From: a candidate division WOR-3 bacterium
GTDB taxonomy: Bacteria > Hydrothermota > 32-111
Reading direction: 5' to 3'
DNA: 64,000 bases
Assembly (NCBI GenBank): GCA_037481815.1
Contig: JBBFKX010000002.1
Location: forward strand, 288,001 to 352,000
The position numbers and the translations under genes were made by a program. Shown here piece by piece: positions 10,427-20,513 of the stretch (position 1 is the stretch's first letter; each line of letters starts with the position of its first letter). The notes beneath the pieces are model-generated. The model saw nothing but the letters and a program-made list of their open reading frames with translations, did not search any database and was not told the origin of the DNA.

Positions 10427-11461
10427 ATGGAAGATAATCTTCAAAACCAAAATCCAATTGAAGAACAAACTCCAAAAGAAGAAAACATAGAGATTTCTAA
10501 AGAGGAAGTGAATTATTCAAAACCAGATGAAATTGAAAATAAGAAAATTGAAGAACAAAAATCTTTAAACCTTGAAAAAATAGAAGAAGATCTAAAGGAA
10601 TTTTTAAAACAGGTAAAGGATTCAAGTGATTCGGTAACAAACAATTTTAAAGAAACTTTGCTGAGATTTGAAGCGATCAACGAAACGATATCTGTTTTAC
10701 CAGAAATGAAAGAACTTATAAAAAACAATTCCGATGGTTCAAAAGAGCAGATAATGGTCTTGGAATCAAAACTTGAAAATATTTCAAACAATCTTGACAA
10801 TATTGTTAAGTTGATTTCTGAAGAAAAGGACAATATTAAACTTCTTATTGATAATTTTAATGAAAAAAATCAGAACATGTTTACCAAAATGGATTCTTTA
10901 ATTTCAAATCTCGAAAAAATTTCGGAAACGGTTCTGAAAGTAGTTGACTACGAAGAAAATCTTTCAAAAAAAAGGGAAACTGAATTTGCAATGATGCAAG
11001 CTAAAATATACAATGAAAGAGGTCTTCTTCTTTTTTATAGAGGAATTTTCAGCACAGCATTGAATTATTTCCTCAAAGCAAATGAACTAGATCCAACATC
11101 ACCAGAAATTTATAACAATATAGCGCAAACTTATCTAAAACTTGGTAACCAGCAAAAAGCGGAAGAAAACTTTAAAAAAGCGATTGAAATTTTCCCTGAT
11201 TTTGCTGAAGTTTACAACAATCTTGGTTTAATGTATCTATCGAATAACCAATTTGAACTCGCGTCGGAAAATTTCAAAAAAGCCATTGATCTTAATCCGG
11301 ATTTTTCAGAAGCGTATTTAATGCTTGGAAATGCTTTCCATTCTCTGAAGAAATATGATGACGCTGTAAAAAATTGGTCTAAAGCTTTGGAAATAAATCC
11401 ATATCTTGAAGAAGCAAAAGAAAAATTAAAAATCATAAAAGAAGGAGAAATAAATGTCTGA
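10427..11461 (+). CDS. Coiled-coil plus C-terminal TPR protein
   Basis: About four canonical TPRs (AEVYNNLGLMY...FKKAIDLNP) after a heptad-rich region. Confidence 0.88.
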   Translation: MEDNLQNQNPIEEQTPKEENIEISKEEVNYSKPDEIENKKIEEQKSLNLEKIEEDLKEFLKQVKDSSDSVTNNFKETLLRFEAINETISVLPEMKELIKNNSDGSKEQIMVLESKLENISNNLDNIVKLISEEKDNIKLLIDNFNEKNQNMFTKMDSLISNLEKISETVLKVVDYEENLSKKRETEFAMMQAKIYNERGLLLFYRGIFSTALNYFLKANELDPTSPEIYNNIAQTYLKLGNQQKAEENFKKAIEIFPDFAEVYNNLGLMYLSNNQFELASENFKKAIDLNPDFSEAYLMLGNAFHSLKKYDDAVKNWSKALEINPYLEEAKEKLKIIKEGEINV

Positions 11462-11915
11462 AGATTTTTTAAAAAGAATATCAACAAACAAAGAGAATGA
11501 AAAAGATAATCCATTTGCGAAACTTTTCCAAGAAAAAAAGGAAAAAGTGATTCCAAAAGTTGAAGAGAAAAAAGAGGAAGGAATTTCGGGAATAGAAAAT
11601 CTGGGAACATCACCGACTTCAAAAAATGAAGGTGAAATGTTTTCGGAAACAGAAAATATTGAAAAAGATGATTCAAAATTACCATCAAAAGATATTTCCA
11701 AGGAAAATATTTTTGAAAAAAAGGAAGAGAAAGTTGACGATAGTTCTACATTTCTATTCAATACCACTTCTTCAACACAGGACTTAACTTTTGATGATTT
11801 AACAGCGGAAAGTACCATTAATGATCAAAAGAAAATTGAACATGTCGTTGAACTTTTAGAAAAAGGTTTGATAGATGAATCTATTGAATTCATAAAACAG
11901 AACTTCAAAAAGTAG
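11454..11915 (+). CDS. Hypothetical acidic, largely disordered protein
   Basis: SD AAGGAG; overlaps the upstream stop; Glu/Lys-rich with a short helical C-terminus. Confidence 0.7.
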   Translation: MSEDFLKRISTNKENEKDNPFAKLFQEKKEKVIPKVEEKKEEGISGIENLGTSPTSKNEGEMFSETENIEKDDSKLPSKDISKENIFEKKEEKVDDSSTFLFNTTSSTQDLTFDDLTAESTINDQKKIEHVVELLEKGLIDESIEFIKQNFKK

Positions 11916-11920
11916 GTAAT

Positions 11921-12457
11921 ATGTCTAAAAAAACATTAATATTGAATGAAAACGATATTTCAAAAATTATAGATAGGATGGCCAATCAAATAATAGAAAA
12001 CGAAAAAAATTTAGAAAATGTTGCATTTATAGGCATAATCAAAAGAGGAGACATTATAGCAAAAAGAGTCGCTGAAAAAATTTTTAAGAAAAAGAATTTC
12101 AACATACAGATTGGGAAAATTGATATAAATCTTTACAGAGACGATCTTTCTTTAATCGATCATCAACCATTGGTGAGATCAACAGAAGTTCTATTTGATA
12201 TAAATGAAAAAGTGATATATCTTTTCGATGATGTTTTTTTTACAGGAAGGACGATAAGGAGTGCACTTGTAGAAATTCTTGATATTGGAAGACCAAAGAT
12301 GATAAAACTTTTTGTTCTTATAGACAGAAAATCTCGTGAACTTCCAATAAGACCTGATTTCTCAGGAATAGAGATAGAGATACCTAAAAAGGATAACATA
12401 AATGTCTTTTTAAAAGAACTCGATGGTAAAGATTGTGTTGAAAAGGAGGAAATTTGA
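11921..12457 (+). CDS. pyrR: PyrR family regulator / uracil phosphoribosyltransferase
   Basis: DINLYRDD, LFDDVFFTGRTIRSAL, LIDRKSRELPIRPD. Confidence 0.95.
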   Translation: MSKKTLILNENDISKIIDRMANQIIENEKNLENVAFIGIIKRGDIIAKRVAEKIFKKKNFNIQIGKIDINLYRDDLSLIDHQPLVRSTEVLFDINEKVIYLFDDVFFTGRTIRSALVEILDIGRPKMIKLFVLIDRKSRELPIRPDFSGIEIEIPKKDNINVFLKELDGKDCVEKEEI

Positions 12458-13380
12458 ACTGGACAAAAAAACATCTGTTATCTATAGAAGAACTAACAAA
12501 GCAAGAGATAGATTTTATAATTGAAAATGGTTTTTCCTTCAAAGATATACTTTTAAGACCTATAAAAAAAGTGCCAGCATTGAGAGGGAAAACGGTAGTG
12601 AATCTTTTTTTTGAGCCAAGCACAAGAACACTTGTTTCATTTTCACTCGCTGAAAAACATCTTTCAGCTGATTCTGTAAACGTATCGACAAAAACTTCAT
12701 CGGTTATGAAAGGGGAATCACTTCTTGATACTGCAAAGAACATAGAATCAATGAAAACGGATATGGTTGTTATAAGACACAGTTCTCCAGGAGCAGCTAA
12801 ATTCTTATCAGAAAGAATCAATTCAAATGTTATCAATGCTGGAGATGGAACACATGAGCATCCAACTCAGGCATTACTCGATTTTATGACGATTAAAGAG
12901 ATCTATAAAGATTTCAAAAATTTAAAAGTTTTGATACTTGGGGATATTCTCCATTCGAGAGTTGCACGATCACTTCTATGGGGTTTTTCAAAATATGGTT
13001 CAAAGGTAACACTCTGTGCACCTCCAACACTTATGCCTTTATATTTGAACGATTTTGATGTGACAATAGAATATGATATCGATAAAGCTATCCTGGATAA
13101 AGATGTGATTTACATTTTGAGAATGCAACTTGAAAGACAGGAGAAAGGATTATTCCCATCTTTAAGAGAATATGTTAAAGAATACTCAATGACCTATGAA
13201 AGATACTTAAGAATAAAAGACAGAAGCATAATAATGCATCCTGGACCTATCAATAGAGGCGTTGAACTCGATGGAAACGTTGCTGATAGTGAAAAATCTG
13301 TTATCCTTGATCAGGTTACAAATGGAGTTGCTATAAGAATGGCAATATTATATTTACTCAATGGAGGAAAGAATGAATAA
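12454..13380 (+). CDS. pyrB: Aspartate carbamoyltransferase catalytic subunit (TTG start)
   Basis: FFEPSTRT, HEHPTQALLD, GDILHSRVARS, MHPGPINRG; SD AGGAGG. Confidence 0.97.
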   Translation: MNWTKKHLLSIEELTKQEIDFIIENGFSFKDILLRPIKKVPALRGKTVVNLFFEPSTRTLVSFSLAEKHLSADSVNVSTKTSSVMKGESLLDTAKNIESMKTDMVVIRHSSPGAAKFLSERINSNVINAGDGTHEHPTQALLDFMTIKEIYKDFKNLKVLILGDILHSRVARSLLWGFSKYGSKVTLCAPPTLMPLYLNDFDVTIEYDIDKAILDKDVIYILRMQLERQEKGLFPSLREYVKEYSMTYERYLRIKDRSIIMHPGPINRGVELDGNVADSEKSVILDQVTNGVAIRMAILYLLNGGKNE

Positions 13381-14644
13381 TCTTGTTTTAAAAAATTGTA
13401 ATATAGTCAATTATGATAAAATAGATAAAAATAAAACAGTTGTAATAAAAAATGGGATAATCACTTCAATTGAAAATGGAAACAAGCAGGAAGGTATAGA
13501 TTTAAAAGGTAAATATCTTCTTCCATCTTTCGTTGATCTTCATTCTCATTTGCGAGAACCGGGTGAAGAGTTCAAAGAGGATATATTCACAGGTTGTGAA
13601 GCAGCTCTGAGTGGTGGTTATACTTCAATAGTAATTATGCCAAACACAAAACCCCCAATCGATAACCCACAATCGATAACATATATTAAAAAAAGAGAGC
13701 AGGAGTTTGGAAGAATAGAAATTTATCCTCTTGGGGCTTTAACTAAAAATATGGAGTCGATAGAAATAACAGAAATGTATGATATGCTAAAATCTGGTGC
13801 TAAGGGTTTTTCCGATGATGGATCAGGAACTAAAAATTCAAGAGTGTTTCTTAACGCCTTAAGATACATTTCAAGATTTGATACTTTTGTTTCAGTACAC
13901 TGTGAAGATAAAAATCTTACTGAAGGTGGACAGATAAACGAATCTGATGTTTCAATCAAAACAGGTCTTTCAGGAATCCCATGTATAGAAGAGGATATAA
14001 TGGTTTATAGAAATCTAAAAATTGCAACATATTTAAAAACTGGTCTTCATATAGCACATATTTCAACAAAAGATACATTATCTTTGATTAAAGATTTTAA
14101 AAAGAAAAACAAAAAAATCACTTGTGAAGTCACTCCTCACCATCTGATTTTTGATGAAAGCGTCCATTTCATGTATGATACCAATTTCAAAGTAAAACCA
14201 TCTTTAAAATCAAAAACCGATGTCGAATTTTTGATAAAAGGGATAAACGATGGGCATATAGATGCGATAGCAACAGATCATGCTCCACATCAGGTATATG
14301 AAAAGGAAGTTGAGTTTATCTATGCACCCTTTGGAATAATAGGATTTGAAACATCATTTCCATCTTTATATACAAACCTTGTTTTAAAAAATAAAACTGA
14401 TTTAAAAACAATTGTAAAACTTTTAGCATACAATCCTGCAAAGATTTTAAATATAGATGAAAGGTATATCAAAACGGGTAATGTTGCTAACCTTACTGTG
14501 GTCGATTTAGATAAAGAGATTACAGTAGATAGAAAATTTATCAGATCAAAATCGATAAATACTCCATTTTTTAATAAAAAATTGTTTGGCAGCGTTGAGA
14601 TGACAATACTAAAAGGTCGAATAGTTTTTCGGAGAAATGAGTAA
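13373..14644 (+). CDS. pyrC: Dihydroorotase
   Basis: DLHSHLREPG, MPNT, HIAHIS, TPHH, IATDHAPH; start placed at the ATG following SD GGAGG. Confidence 0.95.
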   Translation: MNNLVLKNCNIVNYDKIDKNKTVVIKNGIITSIENGNKQEGIDLKGKYLLPSFVDLHSHLREPGEEFKEDIFTGCEAALSGGYTSIVIMPNTKPPIDNPQSITYIKKREQEFGRIEIYPLGALTKNMESIEITEMYDMLKSGAKGFSDDGSGTKNSRVFLNALRYISRFDTFVSVHCEDKNLTEGGQINESDVSIKTGLSGIPCIEEDIMVYRNLKIATYLKTGLHIAHISTKDTLSLIKDFKKKNKKITCEVTPHHLIFDESVHFMYDTNFKVKPSLKSKTDVEFLIKGINDGHIDAIATDHAPHQVYEKEVEFIYAPFGIIGFETSFPSLYTNLVLKNKTDLKTIVKLLAYNPAKILNIDERYIKTGNVANLTVVDLDKEITVDRKFIRSKSINTPFFNKKLFGSVEMTILKGRIVFRRNE

Positions 14645-17202
14645 TGGGTTTGAAAACAGAATATAAAGATCTGTTCTTAATCACATTTAATCAGTCAAAA
14701 TTTGTATCAAATATTGACGAAAATTTAAGTCAGAAACAAAAATATCAAGAAAATATTCAAAGGGTTTTAGTCCTGTTAAAAAATCGAAACATTAATCTTT
14801 CACAGATACAGGTTTTCATTGATAACACATCGTATGGAAAAATCTTTATATTCATTCCTTTTGATCAGTTTGAAATGTTACAGTCACTGTTCAAACTATA
14901 CATATTAAACTCTATAGATAAAAATGAGATTTCACAGCAGATAAAAAAATTTTATAAAAATGTTATCGAAGCAAACCAGAATTTTTCTCTTTTGTTTGAA
15001 CTCGTAATGCTAAAAATTTTTTTCAATGTATTTCAAACTCATAAAGAAAACCTTGATCATAATGAAACTCTTTTTGAAGAAAAACTCAATGGAATAAGAG
15101 AAATTGTAAAAGATGTGAGGAATGAACTCTATTCCACAAACATTTTTAACAGAGAATTTCAAACAAAAATTTTCGATAATTTAAAATTTACGAAGAACTC
15201 TATATTCAATAGAGATCTTGAAATCGAAAGAGAAAGTTTTTTTAACGAATATGGTTTTTCGCTCAATACCTTTATCAATCTACTAAAAATGTTCAACACG
15301 GCAGCAAGTCTCGAAAAAGAGTTGGAAATAATCGAATACTATGAAAACAGAACTATTTGGTCTATAGACGATATAATAAAGCCAGATAATATTATCTACT
15401 TACCTTTTTTAAGAGATGAATTAAAAGATATAATAACAAAATCGATAATCAAAAAATCCAAACAAACTAAAGAATTTTTACTCAAAGAAAAGGAGGATCT
15501 TGAAAAACAACTTGATCAGATAAAAAACGATATGGTCGATATTTTAGAAAATTTTTCTTCGAATATAAAAAAGGAAACCATAGATTCTATAAAATACCCA
15601 GTAAACCCAACTGTAACAAATAAAATTAACAGTTTTATTATTGATTTTAACAGAAGTGTAATGGGAAATATTTTACAGGCGAACAAACTGACAGAAAGAT
15701 GGAACAATTTTCAAAAAAAAATGGTAAAAAATGAAAATCTTAGAAACCTCTCATTCGAACAATATATAGAGTTTTTAAAAAATGAGGGTACATTAGATAA
15801 AAATGATATTATTCTTTCTATTTTAATATATTTTGATTACTCAAAAGATTTTGAAAACTTTTTTGAAAAATTTAAACCACAGATAATTAAAGTTGTAAAA
15901 AATTCTTTTGAAGAGTTAAAAAAAGAATACAATGAAAAAAAGAACAGTATTGTTCAAAAAGAGATCAATTTCATTTCAGATCTTTTTATTGAATCGAAAT
16001 TTCAAAAAAAATTCAACTTTGAACTTTTAAAAACAAAATTTTTGCAGATCGTTGAAAATTTGATTGATAAATTTATTGTTTCGATTCTCTTTGATTCTTT
16101 CACAATTTTCAATTTAGAATTTACAAGTCAGGAAAATAAGCAAGAACTTCTAAATTTCAATCTTTCTGTAAACCTTTTACCTTTCAATAGGGTTATCTAT
16201 ATTTCCAATACAGAAAAAAGTATTTCTCAGAGATTTTTAGATACGGATGTGGAACAATTAAAAAACATTATAAAAAAGAATTATTCAAAACTGGTTAGTG
16301 TTCTTGTTTACGATATCAGGGGATCATCCTACATGAGTTCAAAATTGAATAATGCTGAAAAACAAAAATTTATTATGAAAAAATTTCAACACATCATAAA
16401 TAACACTATAAAAAACAATTTCGGATTACCTTTAAAAGAAACCGGTGATGGGGGTATTGCAATATTTTGTTCAAATTCAAAAGAAATCTATAGAACACTC
16501 TTCAAAGAATCGGTTTCATCAAAAAATGTTCTTATAAGACATTCTATAGCAACAGGTTCAGATCTCATAATTAAAGAATCTTCGACCTCATCAATAGAAT
16601 CATTAAAATGTTCACTTAAACTCATAGAAAATGCCGAACAGTTCATCAAAGATAATTACATGAATTACAGAGAGTGGTTTTTCGATGTTCACGAAAAAAA
16701 ATTGATCCATGAAGGTATAGAGTATGCCTTACTTCCACCAGAATTCAAATCTCTGTTTAGAGTTGGTGTTGGAATAGCGAGTGGTATAGTTAACAGAGAT
16801 GTCAATATTTCAATAAATGCCTTTGGGGATATAGATATATACGGTGTAACAATAAATGAAGCAAAAATACTTTCAGGCGGTAAAGATCCATCATCATCGA
16901 TAATATTAATAGATCATTTTACACTATTTTCAACAATACTCAATTCGAATTATATAGAAACAAAAATTCAAGAAAATCTTTCACAAAAAGAAAATTATTT
17001 AAAAAATCTTTTTGATCTTAGAAAAAGTTTTCTTGTTGAAAATTTTAAAATCAAGTATTACGGTATATACTATCCTTTAAAGAAAAATAAAGATCAAGTT
17101 ATAGAAACAAATGTTGACATCAATGATATCTTTATTGAAGATAATGGAAAAATATTCTATAATGATGAAGAAATAAAAATATTATATCAAGTAGAGATAT
17201 AA
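14644..17202 (+). CDS. Large helical protein with a divergent C-terminal class III nucleotidyl (adenylate/guanylate-type) cyclase domain
   Basis: VSVLVYDIRGSS, KETGDGGIAIF, FRVGVGIASG, DIYGVTINEAKIL; TAATG overlap with pyrC. Confidence 0.7.
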   Translation: MGLKTEYKDLFLITFNQSKFVSNIDENLSQKQKYQENIQRVLVLLKNRNINLSQIQVFIDNTSYGKIFIFIPFDQFEMLQSLFKLYILNSIDKNEISQQIKKFYKNVIEANQNFSLLFELVMLKIFFNVFQTHKENLDHNETLFEEKLNGIREIVKDVRNELYSTNIFNREFQTKIFDNLKFTKNSIFNRDLEIERESFFNEYGFSLNTFINLLKMFNTAASLEKELEIIEYYENRTIWSIDDIIKPDNIIYLPFLRDELKDIITKSIIKKSKQTKEFLLKEKEDLEKQLDQIKNDMVDILENFSSNIKKETIDSIKYPVNPTVTNKINSFIIDFNRSVMGNILQANKLTERWNNFQKKMVKNENLRNLSFEQYIEFLKNEGTLDKNDIILSILIYFDYSKDFENFFEKFKPQIIKVVKNSFEELKKEYNEKKNSIVQKEINFISDLFIESKFQKKFNFELLKTKFLQIVENLIDKFIVSILFDSFTIFNLEFTSQENKQELLNFNLSVNLLPFNRVIYISNTEKSISQRFLDTDVEQLKNIIKKNYSKLVSVLVYDIRGSSYMSSKLNNAEKQKFIMKKFQHIINNTIKNNFGLPLKETGDGGIAIFCSNSKEIYRTLFKESVSSKNVLIRHSIATGSDLIIKESSTSSIESLKCSLKLIENAEQFIKDNYMNYREWFFDVHEKKLIHEGIEYALLPPEFKSLFRVGVGIASGIVNRDVNISINAFGDIDIYGVTINEAKILSGGKDPSSSIILIDHFTLFSTILNSNYIETKIQENLSQKENYLKNLFDLRKSFLVENFKIKYYGIYYPLKKNKDQVIETNVDINDIFIEDNGKIFYNDEEIKILYQVEI

Positions 17203-17418
17203 CTATTTTTCTTTCTTATCGCTTTTTCCAAACTTTTTCATGTATTTGTCAACCCTTCCAGCTGTATCAACAAATTTCTGCTTTCCAGTAAAGAATGGGT
17301 GACATTTTGAACATATTTCAACTTTTATCAATTTTTTTGTTGCTCTTGTCTTTATCTGGTTTCCACAAGCACATTGTATAGTTGCATCAACATATTCTGG
17401 ATGTATTCCTTTTTTCAT
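17203..17418 (-). CDS. rpmE: 50S ribosomal protein L31 (zinc-binding type)
   Basis: [28 protein letters not shown]. Confidence 0.98.
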   Translation of the reverse strand: MKKGIHPEYVDATIQCACGNQIKTRATKKLIKVEICSKCHPFFTGKQKFVDTAGRVDKYMKKFGKSDKKEK

Positions 17419-17426
17419 TGTTCCTC

Positions 17427-18674
17427 CTATTCAGTCATCACTTTCAAAAATTCCTGATTGTTTTTAGTTGCTGACATTCTGTTTATTAAAAATTCCATAG
17501 CTTCAACCGGATTCATTTCACTTAGAAGTTTTCTTAAAACCCAAACTCTTGATAATTCAAATTCTGTTAAAAGAAGGTTCTCTTTTCTCGTTCCCGATTT
17601 ATTCACATCTATAGCAGGGAAAATTCTTCTGTCTGCGAGTTTCCTGTCGAGTACAAGTTCCATATTTCCCGTACCTTTAAACTCTTCAAAAATTACCTCA
17701 TCCATTCTGGATCCTGTCTCTATCAAAGCTGTTGCTATTATAGTTAAGCTTCCTCCATTTTCAATATTTCTTGCGGCTCCAAAGAATCTTTTTGGTTTAT
17801 GTAAAGCGTTCGAATCAACTCCACCAGACAAAGTTCTTCCACTATGTGGAGTTACCACGTTGTATGCTCGTGCAAGTCTTGTTATTGAATCAAGTAAAAT
17901 CACAACATCATATTTCTGCTCAACCAATCTTTTCGCCCTTTCTATAACTATTTGTGCAACCTGAACATGTCTATCCGCTGGTTCATCGAATGTGGAAGAG
18001 ATAACCTCTCCCTTAACAGACCTTTCCATATCTGTAACTTCTTCAGGTCTTTCGTCGATAAGTAAAACTATAAGTTTAATTTCAGGATGGTTTTCAGATA
18101 TCGCATTGGCTATCTTCTGTAAAATTATTGTTTTACCTGCCCTTGGAGGTGACACTATCAAAGATCTTTGTCCCTTTCCAATCGGTGTTAGCAAGTTGAT
18201 TATTCTCAAAGAAAGATCGTTACTTTTTGTTTCAAGATTTATTTTTTCATCTGGATAAAGAGGTGTTAAATTATCAAAGAGAATCCTTTTTCTTGATTCT
18301 TCATAAGGAACATAATTTATTGTTTCAATCTTCAATAGAGCAAAATATTTTTCGTTATCTTTTGGAGGTCTAATTTGTCCATAAATCGTGTCACCAGTTT
18401 CGAGTCCAAATTTTTTTATCTGTGATGGTGAAACATAAATATCCATCGGACCGGGAGTGTATGAATATTCTGGTTGTCTTAAAAAGCCAAAACCCTCCGA
18501 GGAAATTTCAAGAACTCCTTCCCCATAGATGTTACCATTAAGTTCAGATTGTTTTTCAAGTATTTTGAAGATGAGTTCCTGTTTTTTCAGGGTACTTACA
18601 TTTTCAATTTCAAAACTTTTGGCAAGGTCTATCAATTCGTTAAAAGTTTTATTTTTTAAATCATCAATTTTCAT
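17427..18674 (-). CDS. rho: Transcription termination factor Rho
   Basis: [48 protein letters not shown]; start placed at MKIDDLK. Confidence 0.98.
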   Translation of the reverse strand: MKIDDLKNKTFNELIDLAKSFEIENVSTLKKQELIFKILEKQSELNGNIYGEGVLEISSEGFGFLRQPEYSYTPGPMDIYVSPSQIKKFGLETGDTIYGQIRPPKDNEKYFALLKIETINYVPYEESRKRILFDNLTPLYPDEKINLETKSNDLSLRIINLLTPIGKGQRSLIVSPPRAGKTIILQKIANAISENHPEIKLIVLLIDERPEEVTDMERSVKGEVISSTFDEPADRHVQVAQIVIERAKRLVEQKYDVVILLDSITRLARAYNVVTPHSGRTLSGGVDSNALHKPKRFFGAARNIENGGSLTIIATALIETGSRMDEVIFEEFKGTGNMELVLDRKLADRRIFPAIDVNKSGTRKENLLLTEFELSRVWVLRKLLSEMNPVEAMEFLINRMSATKNNQEFLKVMTE

Positions 18675-18709
18675 AAACTCTTCTTTTTTAGGGGTTAAAA
18701 TGAACAATT

Positions 18710-18737
18710 ATTATAAATCTTTTTTCAAGAAAGTCAA
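18710..18737 (-). promoter_or_regulatory. Sigma70-type promoter of rho-rpmE
   Basis: TTGACT-N16-TATAAT. Confidence 0.65.
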
Positions 18738-18740
18738 GGT

Positions 18741-20468
18741 TTATTTTTTCTTTCTAAAACTTTTCAAGAATGATGCTTTGTTGTCAACTTCTTGAACATT
18801 TGAAAGTATCTCTTGCATAGATGCGGTTTGTTGTTCAATAGATGCTGCTATCTCCTCTGTGTTTGCTGAAGTTTTCTCCGAAAGTTCTGCAATATTTGAA
18901 ATTTTTTCTATATATTTGTTTATGAGTTCCATCTGTTCCTCTGAAGAATAGTATATCTCTTTAATCATATTGACCGTGAGAGTTATCGCTTTTGAAATCT
19001 GTTGAAATTCATTCTTTGTGTCATCCATCAATTTTTTTCCTTCCGAAACATTGTTGTGCTGATTTTTTATCAGTTCTGCAGTACTTTTGATATCATCTTT
19101 TATTTCATCTATAAGGCGGGAAATCCTTTCGGTTGAATTCGCAGATTGTTCAGCAAGTTCCCTTATCTCTTCAGCGACAACAGCGAAACCTTTTCCGTAT
19201 TCTCCAACCCTTGCTGCCTCAATAGCCGCATTCAAAGCGAGTAGGTCTGTCTGTTCTGAAATTTTTGTAATGATCTCAACTATCTCGTTGATCTGCTCTG
19301 ATCTGTTCTGTAAGAACTCTATTTTTTCAAGTGCTTTATTGACATTCAAAACTATAAAATCGAAATTTGTCATCGTTTTTTCAACTTTATCAAGACCAAG
19401 GGTTGTTGCATCGTTAGCCTTTTTTGACGCTGTCTGTGCCATATTTATTTTGGATGAAACACTTTCAGACAAAGTTTTTATCTTTAAAGCATCATTTTTT
19501 GCTATTTTTGTATTGTTGGATTGCTCTTCCATATCATGTGCTATCTCCTGAACCGTTGAGGAAATCTCTTGTGAAGATGCTGTTATCTCTTCTCCAGTTG
19601 CTGCAAGTTGACTTGTTATCGTTGAAAGTTCATCAGCAATATTCAGTAATGTTTGAATAAACTTTTCATACCTTTTTAAACTCTTGTTCAACTCCGATAC
19701 GAGATCACCTATTTCATCGTTCACATATATTGAAATATTTTCTCCGACCTCACCTTCTTCGGAAAACAATTTTTTTATTGACTCCTTTACATTTGTTATT
19801 GGGTGAACTATTGACATCAAAAAAATCCAGGAAAGAAGAAAACTTAGAACCAAAAGAATGCCATAAAGTATTATATTATGCTTGATCACGAAACTTATAA
19901 AAATTATGAATATTAAAAGGAAATTAACGGTGATAAAGAATCTTAAACCTATCGGGATCCTTTTTAGATATTTTTTTATCTTATCATAATCATCGGGCGA
20001 AAGCTTATATTCAGATAATTTTTTTGAAAAAACAAGTATCGAAAGTTGCATGTTTACAAGACCCATAAAAATTGCAATTAGAAATCCATCTATAAAACCA
20101 ATTATTACAGATTTTATAGGAGAGTTTGTAAAGAAAAGGATAATCGCAACTATCAATGTGCCTGAAAAGAAGTGCAAAAACATGTGTATCGATGAGGCAA
20201 ATGGAGAATTTATCATAAATATGTATTCTTTCAACTCCTTTTTTTCTATATCTCCATTATTTATTGTTAACCTGTATCTGATCCTCTGTACGATTTCATA
20301 TTCTATGGCAAGTATTAAACCTAAAATCCCGCCAAGGTATAGAATGATATTCCTTTGAACCTGAGTGAATTCAACCGATTGTGGAACCATTATTACGAGT
20401 AATGGAACACCTATAATTAATGCTGGGAGATTTGTTGAAAGGGTAAAAAAATTTAACAACTTTTTCAT
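18741..20468 (-). CDS. Methyl-accepting chemotaxis protein (multi-TM sensor, HAMP)
   Basis: About six hydrophobic segments; [48 protein letters not shown]. Confidence 0.95.
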   Translation of the reverse strand: MKKLLNFFTLSTNLPALIIGVPLLVIMVPQSVEFTQVQRNIILYLGGILGLILAIEYEIVQRIRYRLTINNGDIEKKELKEYIFMINSPFASSIHMFLHFFSGTLIVAIILFFTNSPIKSVIIGFIDGFLIAIFMGLVNMQLSILVFSKKLSEYKLSPDDYDKIKKYLKRIPIGLRFFITVNFLLIFIIFISFVIKHNIILYGILLVLSFLLSWIFLMSIVHPITNVKESIKKLFSEEGEVGENISIYVNDEIGDLVSELNKSLKRYEKFIQTLLNIADELSTITSQLAATGEEITASSQEISSTVQEIAHDMEEQSNNTKIAKNDALKIKTLSESVSSKINMAQTASKKANDATTLGLDKVEKTMTNFDFIVLNVNKALEKIEFLQNRSEQINEIVEIITKISEQTDLLALNAAIEAARVGEYGKGFAVVAEEIRELAEQSANSTERISRLIDEIKDDIKSTAELIKNQHNNVSEGKKLMDDTKNEFQQISKAITLTVNMIKEIYYSSEEQMELINKYIEKISNIAELSEKTSANTEEIAASIEQQTASMQEILSNVQEVDNKASFLKSFRKKK

Positions 20469-20480
20469 ATTTTATAATTT

Positions 20481-20508
20481 ATCTTAACATAATTTTTTTT
20501 CAAGTCAA
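20481..20508 (-). promoter_or_regulatory. Sigma70-type promoter of the MCP gene
   Basis: TTGACT-N16-TAAGAT with an extended TG; very short leader with no SD. Confidence 0.5.
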
Positions 20509-20513
20509 TATAT

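Noticed and set aside
14644..17202. Pycsar/CBASS defence locus
   Set aside because: No adjacent cNMP-binding, TIR or TM effector; flanks are housekeeping genes
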